DNA of 64,000 nt from contig CACPJC010000002.1 in assembly GCA_902634185.1 (NCBI GenBank), forward strand, positions 96,001 through 160,000. The letters run 5' to 3'. This stretch comes from an uncultured Candidatus Actinomarina sp. (GTDB lineage: Bacteria > Actinomycetota > Acidimicrobiia > Actinomarinales > Actinomarinaceae). Below the pieces are notes generated by a model. The model was given only the letters and a program-made list of their open reading frames with translations. It had not been told where the DNA came from and did not search any database. Of the stretch, positions 48,051 through 57,528 are shown piece after piece; the first letter of the stretch is position 1, and each line of letters starts with the position of its first letter. A program made the position numbers and the translations under genes.

Positions 48051-49973
48051 GTGCCAAAAAAAGATTCAAAAAGCTATGATTCTAAAGACATAAAGGTCTT
48101 AGAAGGTCTAGAAGCGGTAAGAAAAAGACCAGCAATGTATATTGGTTCGACCGGACCAAACGGCCTCCACCATCTAATTTGGGAAGTTGTGGACAACTCT
48201 GTTGATGAGGCAATGGCGGGAAGGTGTACTCAAATTGATGTAATGCTTGAAAAAAACGGCTCAGTCACAGTAAAAGACAATGGAAGCGGAATACCCGTAA
48301 AGCCCCACCCTAAAACAAAAAAATCTGCCCTAACAACCGTCTTAACAACACTACATGCTGGAGGAAAGTTTGAGTCAGGAGCCTACACAGTAAGCGGCGG
48401 TCTACACGGAGTTGGTATTTCGGTAGTAAACGCACTTTCTGTTTTTGTGAAGGTTGAGGTAGAAAGGGACGGACATGTATGGAATCAAAATTTTGATTAC
48501 GGAAAGCCCACTTCAAAAATTAAAAAAGGAAAAGCTTCCAAAAAAACAGGAACAAAAATAAACTTCTTGGCTGATCCAGAAATATTTGATGAAACACAGG
48601 TTTTCGAATACAACATTGTTTCGGAAAGATTGAGACAAACAGCATTTTTAAACAAAGGCCTCAAGATTAACCTAACTGACAACAGAGTAAAACCAGCAAC
48701 AAAAGAACAGTTCTTTTATAAAGGTGGTTTAGTTGATTTTGTTGATTATTTAAATGAGGGGTTTGAGGTTCTTCATGAAAAAACAATTTCATTTTCAGAT
48801 CAAAGCAAGGACTCCGAAATAGAAGTTGCAATGCAGTGGAAAAACGAAGACGACGTAAATATAAAAAGCTTTGCAAACAACATACATACTCTTGAAGGAG
48901 GAACTCACGAAGAAGGTCTTAGAACAGCAGTTACTAAAGCAATAAACGATTTTGCTAAATCTAGAAATCTTCACTCTGATATTTCTTTAACAGGCGATGA
49001 TATAAGAGAAGGCTTAACAGGTGTTGTTTCTGTAAGGGTGAAAGAACCACAATTTGAAGGCCAAACAAAAACAAAACTTGGGAACACCGAAATGAAATCT
49101 AAAGTACAAGTATTAGTAAACCAAGAATTTCCAAAATGGCTTTCAAAAAATACAAAAGAAGGACGAGCTATTGTCGAGAGGTGCGCTATTGCGGCAAAAG
49201 CAAGAATGAGTGCAAAGAAAGCAAGAGAGCTTACTAAAAGAAAAAGCATACTTGAAACATCAGGCCTTCCAGGAAAGCTGGCAGACTGTTCTTCAACAGA
49301 TCCATCAGAAAGTGAATTATTTATTGTAGAGGGAGATTCTGCTGCTGGTCCCGCCAAGCAAGCAAGAGACTCAAGAACGCAAGCAATTCTTCCAATTAGA
49401 GGAAAAATTATTAATGTTCAAAAAGTTACAGAGAACAGAGCTTTACAAAATGAAGAAATAAGTTCTCTTATCAAGGCAATCGGAACAGGAATAAAAGCCG
49501 AATATAAAGGAGAAGAATCAAGGTATGACAAAATTATATTTTTAACAGATGCAGACGTTGATGGTGCCCACATTAGAACCTTGTTGTTAACATTCTTCTT
49601 TAAATTTATGCCCGGACTCATTAAAGAAGGAAAGGTTTGGATCTCCGAACCTCCACTTTATAGAGCTAAGTCTTCTGGTTCAATAAATTATTTGAAAGAC
49701 GATCAAGCCCTTGAAAATTTTAAAAAAGAAAACAAAAATAAGAAATTTGATATCAGCAGATTTAAAGGTCTTGGAGAAATGAACGCAGGAGAGCTTTGGG
49801 ACACTGCAATGAATCCAGAAAGTAGAACTCTTATAAAAGTAAGCATTGCTGATGGAAAGGCAGCTGAAGCTAGAGCAGCAAACATGTTTGAAATACTAAT
49901 GGGTAACGACGTTGCAAAAAGAAAGACTTTCATTGAGGAAAACGCCAAAGATGTAAGGTTCTTGGACGTATAA
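48051..49973 (+). CDS. gyrB: DNA gyrase subunit B
   Basis: EVVDNSVDE, HAGGKF, GLHGVG, EGDSA, PIRGK, DADVDG, KGLGEM. Confidence 0.97.
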   Translation: MPKKDSKSYDSKDIKVLEGLEAVRKRPAMYIGSTGPNGLHHLIWEVVDNSVDEAMAGRCTQIDVMLEKNGSVTVKDNGSGIPVKPHPKTKKSALTTVLTTLHAGGKFESGAYTVSGGLHGVGISVVNALSVFVKVEVERDGHVWNQNFDYGKPTSKIKKGKASKKTGTKINFLADPEIFDETQVFEYNIVSERLRQTAFLNKGLKINLTDNRVKPATKEQFFYKGGLVDFVDYLNEGFEVLHEKTISFSDQSKDSEIEVAMQWKNEDDVNIKSFANNIHTLEGGTHEEGLRTAVTKAINDFAKSRNLHSDISLTGDDIREGLTGVVSVRVKEPQFEGQTKTKLGNTEMKSKVQVLVNQEFPKWLSKNTKEGRAIVERCAIAAKARMSAKKARELTKRKSILETSGLPGKLADCSSTDPSESELFIVEGDSAAGPAKQARDSRTQAILPIRGKIINVQKVTENRALQNEEISSLIKAIGTGIKAEYKGEESRYDKIIFLTDADVDGAHIRTLLLTFFFKFMPGLIKEGKVWISEPPLYRAKSSGSINYLKDDQALENFKKENKNKKFDISRFKGLGEMNAGELWDTAMNPESRTLIKVSIADGKAAEARAANMFEILMGNDVAKRKTFIEENAKDVRFLDV

Positions 49974-49974
49974 C

Positions 49975-52500
49975 ATGGCAGCAAAGAAAACAGCAGCAAA
50001 GAAAACAGCAGCAAAGAAACCAGCAGCAAAGAAAACAGCAGCAAAGAAATCGAAAACCGCTACTGCTACAAAGAAAAAACCAACAATTAAATCTGATACA
50101 CTAAACGGTTCAATTGCTGTTGAAGATGAAATATCTAAGTCATTCTTAGATTATGCTATGTCGGTTATTGTTTCCAGAGCTCTTCCAGATGTAAAGGACG
50201 GATTAAAACCAGTACAAAGAAGAATTTTATATTCAATGTATGAAACAGGAATTAGACCAACAGGACCTTTCAGAAAGTGTTCAAAGGTTGTAGGTGATGT
50301 TATGGGTAACTATCATCCACATGGAAACGACGCTATATACGGAACCTTAGTAAGATTGGGACAAAATTTTAGTACTAGATACCCCCTGATTGAACCACAG
50401 GGTAACTTTGGAACCCCCGACGACCCACCTGCTGCTATGAGATATACAGAGTCTAGAATGTCTTCCCTGTCTTCACAGCTATTAGATGGGATTGACGAAG
50501 AGACAGTAGACTTTGAGCCTAATTATTCCGGAGAGACAAGCGAACCAAAAGTATTACCTGGAAGATTTCCAAACCTTTTAATTAATGGAGCTGAGGGTAT
50601 CGCAGTTGCTATGGCAACAAATATGCCACCCTACAACCTGAAAGAGATTACAGAGGCAGTTAAATTTACATTAAAAACAAAAGACCCCAAACCACGAGAT
50701 TATTTAAAAATAATAAAAGGTCCAGATTTTCCTACAGGAGGATTAATTGTAGATACCCCCACGATAAAAGAAGCAATACTTAAAGGTAGAGGGTCTATAA
50801 AACTTCGAGCTGTTGCAGACATAGAAGAATTAGGAAAAGGTAGATCTGCAATTATTGTTAAAGAGCTTCCGTATCAGGCTTCAATTGACAGAATTATGGA
50901 AAAAATAGCATCTTTGGTTCAGGACAAAAAATTAACCGGAGTCTCAGACTTAAGGAATGAAAGTAGTGACAGAAACGGAACCAGACTCGTTGTTGAGTTA
51001 AAGAGAGACGCCGTACCACAAGTTGTGTTAAATGATCTTTTTAAATTTACACAACTTCAAGATACTTTTTCAGTTAATTCAGTAGCCCTTGTTGAAGGAG
51101 TGCCTAAAGTACTATCGGTTCCCGAACTTATTAGATACTACATTGATCATCAAATAGATGTAATTCAAAGAAGATCTAAATACAGACTTGAAAAGGCAAA
51201 AGCACGGTTACATATCGTTGATGGCTTATTGCTTGCATTGAATAAAATCGATCAAATAATAAAAGTCATTAAATCTTCCAAAGATGTGGAGGTAGCAAGA
51301 AAATCACTGATGAGTAAATTTAAATTATCAGAAATTCAGGCAACACACATCCTTGATATGCCCCTAAGAAGGTTAACTGCATTGGAAAAAGAAAAGCTCG
51401 AAGATGAAAAGAAAGAACTCAAAGAAACAATTAAAGACCTTACAGCAATATTAAAAAGTAGAGCGAAACAAAATCAAATACTTATTGAAGAGCTTGATGC
51501 AATAACAGACAAGTTTGGTGATGAAAGAAGATCCAGAATTGTTCCAGATGTTGGCGAGGTAAAAATTGAAGATTTAATTGAAGACGAGGAAATTATTGTT
51601 TCCATCTCATCTGAAGGTTATATAAAATCAGTTCCTTCAACCTCCTATAAAAAACAAGGTAGAGGAGGCAAGGGTGTTAAAGCAGCTTCTTCAGAGGAAG
51701 ACGTAATTGAGCACCTCCTTTCAACATCTGTTCACTCTTATTTACTTTTCTTTACAGACAACGGAAAAGTATACAGAGCCAAGGCACATGAAATTCCAAA
51801 AACAAATAGGACTGCAAAAGGATCTTTAATTCACAATGTACTTTCAATGGGACAAGATGAAAAAGTTCAGGCAATAATTGACACAAGGGACTATGAAACA
51901 GAAAAATTCTTATTAATAATGACTGAGAAAGGAACGGTAAAAAAATCAAAATTTAAAGATTTTGATTCAAACTATAAATCATTACAAGCCATAAAGCTAA
52001 AGGATGGTGACAAAGTTGTTTCTGTAAAAACAACGTCTGGGAAAGAAGACATAATACTTGTTTCCCAGAAGGGACAAGCAATAAGATTTGATGAAAACAA
52101 TCTTAAAGCCCAAGGTAGATCAGCAATGGGAGTTAGAGGAATAAAACTTCGTGAAGGGGACAAGGTTGTAGGTGCAGCAACATCCAGAGAGGAAACACTC
52201 TTATTTATTACGGCCAAAGGGTATGGAAAGCGTACAAAATTAGATGAATTCAGAAGAGCTGGAAGAGGAGGACTCGGAGTCAAGGCTCTTAAGGTTACGG
52301 AAGCCAAAGGAGATTTAATTGGCGCAGGACCCGTTGATGAAGATACAGAGGTTATGCTTATGAGTACTGGTGGAACAGCAATAAGATGTGCTGTAAAACA
52401 AATAAAACAAATGAGTAGAGTTGCTCAAGGAGTAAAGGTTATGAAGCTTTCAAAAGAAGAAGAAATATCTGCCTTTATTCCAATTAAAAATGAATCGTAA
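49975..52500 (+). CDS. gyrA: DNA gyrase subunit A with N-terminal Lys/Ala repeats
   Basis: DYAMSVIVSRALPD, AAMRYTE, GyrA-box QGRGGKG. Confidence 0.97.
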   Translation: MAAKKTAAKKTAAKKPAAKKTAAKKSKTATATKKKPTIKSDTLNGSIAVEDEISKSFLDYAMSVIVSRALPDVKDGLKPVQRRILYSMYETGIRPTGPFRKCSKVVGDVMGNYHPHGNDAIYGTLVRLGQNFSTRYPLIEPQGNFGTPDDPPAAMRYTESRMSSLSSQLLDGIDEETVDFEPNYSGETSEPKVLPGRFPNLLINGAEGIAVAMATNMPPYNLKEITEAVKFTLKTKDPKPRDYLKIIKGPDFPTGGLIVDTPTIKEAILKGRGSIKLRAVADIEELGKGRSAIIVKELPYQASIDRIMEKIASLVQDKKLTGVSDLRNESSDRNGTRLVVELKRDAVPQVVLNDLFKFTQLQDTFSVNSVALVEGVPKVLSVPELIRYYIDHQIDVIQRRSKYRLEKAKARLHIVDGLLLALNKIDQIIKVIKSSKDVEVARKSLMSKFKLSEIQATHILDMPLRRLTALEKEKLEDEKKELKETIKDLTAILKSRAKQNQILIEELDAITDKFGDERRSRIVPDVGEVKIEDLIEDEEIIVSISSEGYIKSVPSTSYKKQGRGGKGVKAASSEEDVIEHLLSTSVHSYLLFFTDNGKVYRAKAHEIPKTNRTAKGSLIHNVLSMGQDEKVQAIIDTRDYETEKFLLIMTEKGTVKKSKFKDFDSNYKSLQAIKLKDGDKVVSVKTTSGKEDIILVSQKGQAIRFDENNLKAQGRSAMGVRGIKLREGDKVVGAATSREETLLFITAKGYGKRTKLDEFRRAGRGGLGVKALKVTEAKGDLIGAGPVDEDTEVMLMSTGGTAIRCAVKQIKQMSRVAQGVKVMKLSKEEEISAFIPIKNES
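49978..50052 (+). repeat. 15-bp tandem repeat x5 encoding AAKK(T/P/S)
   Basis: GCAGCAAAGAAAACA units. Confidence 0.95.
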
Positions 52501-53090
52501 TGGTAAGAGTAAACAGAGTTAGAAGAATTATAAGAAAGGTTGATCCTTGGACCGTCTTAAAAGTTTCTTTTGTCTTCAATTTTATTATTTCATTAACAAT
52601 TGTTCTTGGATTTTCAATTTTATGGGTTTTACTTGTAAATGCTGGGGTTCCTCAAGGACTTGAAGAAATTGCAAGAAGACTAGCACTACTAGACGACAAT
52701 GCATCTCTAGTTGGCAATGTAGAAACTTTATTTTCTAGTGTCTTATTTTTTGCAACTGTATATTTATTAACCCAAACAGCAATAGCAACTCTAGGAGCAT
52801 TCTTTTATAACCTAATTTCAGATTTGGTTGGTGGAATCGAGGTAATAGTACTAGAGGAGTCATATAACGAAACTGGCTCAAAACCTAGCGGCGATAACGC
52901 CAGGAATGAAAACACAGAAACTGCAGCAATGCCTGTTGCAAAAACGTTGGGAAAATTTAAGAGACAAAAAAACAGAAATGACGATTTTATGGTTCCAGAA
53001 ATGCCCAGACCAGATGTTCCAAGAGACATTGAGGAAGAAACACTCACAGAAACTTTAAAAAGTTATCCTGAAAACGATACAGAACAATAA
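52500..53090 (+). CDS. DUF3566 membrane protein
   Basis: DPWTVLKVSF, FFYNLISDLVGGIEV; follows gyrA as in Actinobacteria. Confidence 0.85.
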   Translation: MVRVNRVRRIIRKVDPWTVLKVSFVFNFIISLTIVLGFSILWVLLVNAGVPQGLEEIARRLALLDDNASLVGNVETLFSSVLFFATVYLLTQTAIATLGAFFYNLISDLVGGIEVIVLEESYNETGSKPSGDNARNENTETAAMPVAKTLGKFKRQKNRNDDFMVPEMPRPDVPRDIEEETLTETLKSYPENDTEQ

Positions 53091-53118
53091 TTTTTGCTAC
53101 ACTTAACCACTAAATAAA

Positions 53119-53260
53119 CAAAGTAACAAAGCGAAGCTAGTGAGAATCTAGCGCTGTCCCGCAACTGTGATTCGAAAGATAAGTCAGGTCGACTTTATTA
53201 CTTTTTACAACAATCCTCGAGAGAAGGAATGGAGTATCGTACTTTTTCTCGTGGTGAGAA
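53119..53260 (+). ncRNA. Cobalamin riboswitch (compact form)
   Basis: GCGAAGCTAGTGAGAATCTAGCGCTGTCCCGCAACTGTGA...AAGTCAGGTC core; upstream of a BtuF-like gene. Confidence 0.85.
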
Positions 53261-53268
53261 AGGAAAAT

Positions 53269-54240
53269 ATGAAAACAAAAATACTTCTTCTTGCCATGAT
53301 AATTTCAATGTGTGGAGGCACGTCTGACGAAGGTAATGAAAAAAATATTATTTCATTATCAACCACGCATACAGAAATTATTCAAATGCTTGAAGCTGAG
53401 AATCAGCTAATTGGTGTTGATTCGTTCTCAGAGACAGAACTTCCAATAAAAAAAATAGATGCCTATACAGTTACAGCAGATGAGCTTCTTTTACTCAATC
53501 CAGATATTGTAATCGTTGCTTTTGATTTTAACGGTATCGTAGAGGGATTAGAAAATTTAAATATTGAATATGCTCTTCTTCCACCTGCACAAAATTTGGA
53601 TGACGTTTATTACCAAATTGAAACCATTGGGACAATTATTAACAAAGAAAATACAGCAAGTTCTCTAGTTTTAGAAATGAAATCTGACATTGATGAAATT
53701 ATTGAAAACTCAGCAACTGAATCTATATCTGTTTATCACGAAATTGGTTACACATATGGCATATATTCAATAAATGAAAATTCTTTTTTAGGAGAAATTT
53801 ACAATATTCTTGGTGTAAGCAATATTGCAGATAAGACTGAGGACCCGTACGGATCTGGTTACCCACTTCTTGAAGAAGAACAGGTCTTAAATGCAAACCC
53901 TGATCTAATTGTAATTGGACACTCTGACTTTTTGAATAAAGACATCTCAACAAGACAAGGCTGGGATGGTCTTAATGCCGTATCAAATGAGAATGTTTAT
54001 TTCCTCGATGAAAACTTAGCAAATAATTGGGGTGTAAATACTGTTGATTTGATAAATACATTATCTGAAATAACAAAATTTAATGAAGATCCTGGTTTAG
54101 TTTATAAAGCAAAATATTTAGAAAGTGATCTTGGCAGCTCAGACAGTACTCAAAACATCATCATTGCAACAATAATTGTGATAATCTTGACAGCGTACAT
54201 ACTTATTACGAGAAGGAATAAGAGTAAAGTACAAAGTTAA
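53269..54240 (+). CDS. Cobalamin ABC transporter substrate-binding protein (BtuF-like)
   Basis: IISLS..HTE, LIGVD, LNPD.V; riboswitch; start moved to the ATG after AAAGGA. Confidence 0.8.
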   Translation: MKTKILLLAMIISMCGGTSDEGNEKNIISLSTTHTEIIQMLEAENQLIGVDSFSETELPIKKIDAYTVTADELLLLNPDIVIVAFDFNGIVEGLENLNIEYALLPPAQNLDDVYYQIETIGTIINKENTASSLVLEMKSDIDEIIENSATESISVYHEIGYTYGIYSINENSFLGEIYNILGVSNIADKTEDPYGSGYPLLEEEQVLNANPDLIVIGHSDFLNKDISTRQGWDGLNAVSNENVYFLDENLANNWGVNTVDLINTLSEITKFNEDPGLVYKAKYLESDLGSSDSTQNIIIATIIVIILTAYILITRRNKSKVQS

Positions 54241-54254
54241 GGAGATAAATTACT

Positions 54255-55163
54255 ATGAAGGGTTATTCTAATGAGCTTTACATACTTGCATTTGACCACA
54301 GAGGAACTCTAACAAAAGGTCTTTTAGGCGTAGAAGGAAGACCGCCTAACGAGGAAGAAGCATCAAGAGTGTCTTCAATGAAAGATATTATTTTTGATGG
54401 ATTTATAGAAGCTAAAGAAACAGGTATTGGGACAGGTGAACCCGCAATACTTGTTGACGAGACTTTCGGATTACAAGTGCAACAAAAAGCAAAAGAAATG
54501 GGTGTTAAGTTCGCAGCCCCTGTTGAAAAATCAGGTCAAAAAGTATTTGATTTTGAGTATGGTGATGAATTTGGAGAAAAGATAAAAGAAGTTAATGCTG
54601 ATTTTGTAAAAATTTTAGTCAGATGGAACCCAAATGATGATGAAGAAACTAGAGAAGTTCAAGGCAAAAGAATAAAAACATTATCTGATTGGCTTGAAGA
54701 AAATGAAAGAAAATTTTTGCTGGAATTTTTAGTCCCTGCGACTGAAGAGCAATTGTCGAGTGTAGATGGAGATCAATCAAGATACGATTCAGAAATAAGA
54801 CCTAAATTAGCAGTTCAGGTTGTTGAGGAGATGAGAGAAAAAGGGGCAGACCCTGACATTTGGAAGATAGAAGGATTAGACACAAAAGAAGATTGTAAAA
54901 AAGTCTCTTCTGCAATCAAAGATGGTGGCAGAGATGATGTAATAGCCGTTGTTCTAGGTAGAGGTGCAAATGACGAAAAAGTTAACGAGTGGCTGAGGGC
55001 TGGATCATCTGTTGATGGATATAGTGGCTTTGCGATAGGTAGGTCTATATTTTGGAACTCGCTAAAAGGATGGCATGAAAATGAAAAGCCAAGAGAAGAA
55101 GCCGTATCAGAAATAGCCAATTCATATTTAAATTTTATCTCTGTATATCAAAACGGGAGCTAA
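54255..55163 (+). CDS. DUF2090 class I aldolase-like protein (IolC C-terminal/LacD-like)
   Basis: LAFDHR, FVKILVRWNP, FLLE, PDIWKIEG, VLGRG, GFAIGRSIF. Confidence 0.8.
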   Translation: MKGYSNELYILAFDHRGTLTKGLLGVEGRPPNEEEASRVSSMKDIIFDGFIEAKETGIGTGEPAILVDETFGLQVQQKAKEMGVKFAAPVEKSGQKVFDFEYGDEFGEKIKEVNADFVKILVRWNPNDDEETREVQGKRIKTLSDWLEENERKFLLEFLVPATEEQLSSVDGDQSRYDSEIRPKLAVQVVEEMREKGADPDIWKIEGLDTKEDCKKVSSAIKDGGRDDVIAVVLGRGANDEKVNEWLRAGSSVDGYSGFAIGRSIFWNSLKGWHENEKPREEAVSEIANSYLNFISVYQNGS

Positions 55164-55166
55164 GAA

Positions 55167-56369
55167 ATGCCTGTTGGCAAAGCGGTAATCGGTCAATCAG
55201 GTGGTCCGACAGCTGTAATTAACAAGTCACTAGTTGGTTTCATAAAAGAGGCTATTAATCAGGAATATGATGAAATACTTGGAGCAAGACACGGACTGGA
55301 GGGGATATTAAAGGAGGATTTTGTTGATTTATCTAAACTTTCAGAGTCTCAACTTTATGGAATATCAAAAACACCTGCAGCTGCTTTAGGCTCAGTAAGA
55401 AAAAAACCAACGGAGAATGATATTGAGAAATTAGTTTCAATCTTTGAGAAACAAAACATAAGATATTTTTTCTACATCGGTGGAAATGATTCTGCAGAAA
55501 CTGCAAATCTTGTATATGAGGGTGCAAAAAAAATAGGATTTGAAATTAAAGCTTTTCATGTTCCTAAAACTATAGATAATGACCTCTTGGAAACGGATCA
55601 TTGTCCAGGTTATGGTTCAGCAGCCCGATTTGTTGCACATGCATTTCAAGGAGATGATGCTGACAACAGGAGCCTTAGAGGAATAAAAATCAATGTTTTA
55701 ATGGGTAGGCATGCAGGATGGCTTACCGCTGCTAGCACTTTAGGAAAATCAACTGAAGAAGACGGCCCACATTTAGTTTATGTACCTGAAAAAATATTTA
55801 ATTTAGATGAATTTTTAAAGGATGTAAAAGAAGTTTACGATTCTTTAGGAAGATGTATAGTTGCTGTATCCGAAGGCATTCACAATAAAGATGGTGAGTA
55901 CTTTCTCCAAACATACGCAAGCGAGACAGGTTCTGGACTTGCAGGAAAAAAAGATAGCCACGGAAACATCCAGCTCTCAGGTTCGGGTGCCTTAGGAGAT
56001 ACACTTACAAACATTGTCTCAGAACATATTCAAGGAGCGAGGGTAAGAGCAGATACGTTTGGCTATCTTCAGAGATCTTTTCTCGCAGACATTTCAGAAG
56101 TTGACGCTGAAGAGGCCGAGAGGGTTGGACAGCATGCAGTTGTAGCTTCAAAAGATAAAGAAAGCGGATCAATTATTCTAAGAAGACAGTTTTCAGAAAC
56201 TTATTATTGTGATGTAGATGTTGTTGAACTACATAAGGTTGCAAAACATACAAAAAATATGCCTGAAGAATATCTAGAAAAAAATAAACCGTATGTAACT
56301 AACAATTTTTTTGAATACGCAATGCCTTTAACTGGAGGTATAGAACCTAAAACACAGATATTTGTTTAA
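55167..56369 (+). CDS. pfp: Phosphofructokinase, probably PPi-dependent
   Basis: QSGGPTAVIN, GGNDS (Asp) and PKTIDND (Lys) PPi signatures, MGR, SEG. Confidence 0.8.
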   Translation: MPVGKAVIGQSGGPTAVINKSLVGFIKEAINQEYDEILGARHGLEGILKEDFVDLSKLSESQLYGISKTPAAALGSVRKKPTENDIEKLVSIFEKQNIRYFFYIGGNDSAETANLVYEGAKKIGFEIKAFHVPKTIDNDLLETDHCPGYGSAARFVAHAFQGDDADNRSLRGIKINVLMGRHAGWLTAASTLGKSTEEDGPHLVYVPEKIFNLDEFLKDVKEVYDSLGRCIVAVSEGIHNKDGEYFLQTYASETGSGLAGKKDSHGNIQLSGSGALGDTLTNIVSEHIQGARVRADTFGYLQRSFLADISEVDAEEAERVGQHAVVASKDKESGSIILRRQFSETYYCDVDVVELHKVAKHTKNMPEEYLEKNKPYVTNNFFEYAMPLTGGIEPKTQIFV

Positions 56370-56423
56370 AGGTCAAAAAAGTTAAATTCTTGATGAGTAA
56401 ATAATTATTATTAATACATAAAC

Positions 56424-56927
56424 ATGAAAAAAATAAGCATACTTTTTTTTATTTTATTTTTTAATATCTGTAGTACCTCAGAAAATGGGGTTATTTCAAT
56501 TTCTGAAAACACAACAACAACCCAAATCATAAACGAAGAAGATTATCCATTAGTTTTAGCAAAGTGTTTAAATGAAGAAAAGGGCTATCAAATTATGACT
56601 CCATTTGATTTAGAGGATTTAAAAACAACAATAAACCAGTTAAGTCAAAGTAAGGAAGATGAATTAAAACTTGGAGAAGCTATCGATTTTTGTATTGATA
56701 AATACAGCCTATGGACGGATCGAAGCACTTTAAACCCAGAAGAACTGGCAAGTTTGTATGATGAAAATATTTCTTTGGCGAGATGTCTGAGAGAAAAAGG
56801 TCTTGATGTACCCGATCCAACACAAGATCAACCTAAAATTGACCTAAGCAACTTAGTTCAATCAAAAGATGAAATAATTACTTTATTAGACGAATGTGAG
56901 CTTGATGAAAAAACAAACAAAAAATAA
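56424..56927 (+). CDS. Cys-motif (A.CLRE.G..PDP) lipoprotein-like protein 1
   Basis: LAKCLNEEKG and LARCLREKGLDVPDP; N-terminal hydrophobic stretch plus Cys. Confidence 0.7.
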   Translation: MKKISILFFILFFNICSTSENGVISISENTTTTQIINEEDYPLVLAKCLNEEKGYQIMTPFDLEDLKTTINQLSQSKEDELKLGEAIDFCIDKYSLWTDRSTLNPEELASLYDENISLARCLREKGLDVPDPTQDQPKIDLSNLVQSKDEIITLLDECELDEKTNKK

Positions 56928-57504
56928 GTTCCTTGTACTATTAATTTGTTTATTAACACAGGCTTGTTCAGCTTCGAATGAGCAAAAAGGAGTCGTTTCT
57001 TCAGAGGACTTAACAATACAAACAACTATTACAACAGTAACAACTGTCCAGGACAGCCCTGAAATTGAAGATCTAACAGAAGAGGAAGCACAGCTAATAC
57101 TTGCAGGATGTTTAAGGGAAAAAGGTTATGACGTAGCTGATCCAAAAAATGATGAGGGCTTAAGAACAGTTTTAACACCAATATTTATTAGTTTCAATGA
57201 AAAACAGAGGCAGGAGTTGTTTGACAATATACAATTGTGTGCGGAGGAGAACTCTATTCCACTTGAAAGCAACAATGATTTTGAAAATCCTGCTGATGTT
57301 GCTGATAGACTTGATACTGAACTTGAGTTTGCACAGTGTCTAAGAGGTAAAGGAATAGATGTTTCTGATCCATCATCTGAGGAACCCCTAAGGCCAATAC
57401 TTATTGATCTTGTACAGTCACAAAAATATACAGCAGATCAAATTCGAGAGGCTGCTGCTGAGTGCTTTGACGATCTAGGGCTTGACCCTCCTCCTGGCGG
57501 GTAA
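56905..57504 (+). CDS. Cys-motif lipoprotein 2
   Basis: TQAC lipobox-like; LAGCLREKGYDVADP and FAQCLRGKGIDVSDP. Confidence 0.75.
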   Translation: MKKQTKNKFLVLLICLLTQACSASNEQKGVVSSEDLTIQTTITTVTTVQDSPEIEDLTEEEAQLILAGCLREKGYDVADPKNDEGLRTVLTPIFISFNEKQRQELFDNIQLCAEENSIPLESNNDFENPADVADRLDTELEFAQCLRGKGIDVSDPSSEEPLRPILIDLVQSQKYTADQIREAAAECFDDLGLDPPPGG

Positions 57505-57528
57505 TAAAAAATACTTTATAATTCTGAT

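Noticed and set aside
53091-53118. tRNA-Ile/Ala expected after gyrA-DUF3566
   Set aside because: No cloverleaf or TTCGA T-loop context; the space is taken by the riboswitch leader
53167-53268. N-terminal extension of the BtuF-like ORF
   Set aside because: Overlaps the riboswitch; an ATG with RBS and signal peptide begins at 53269
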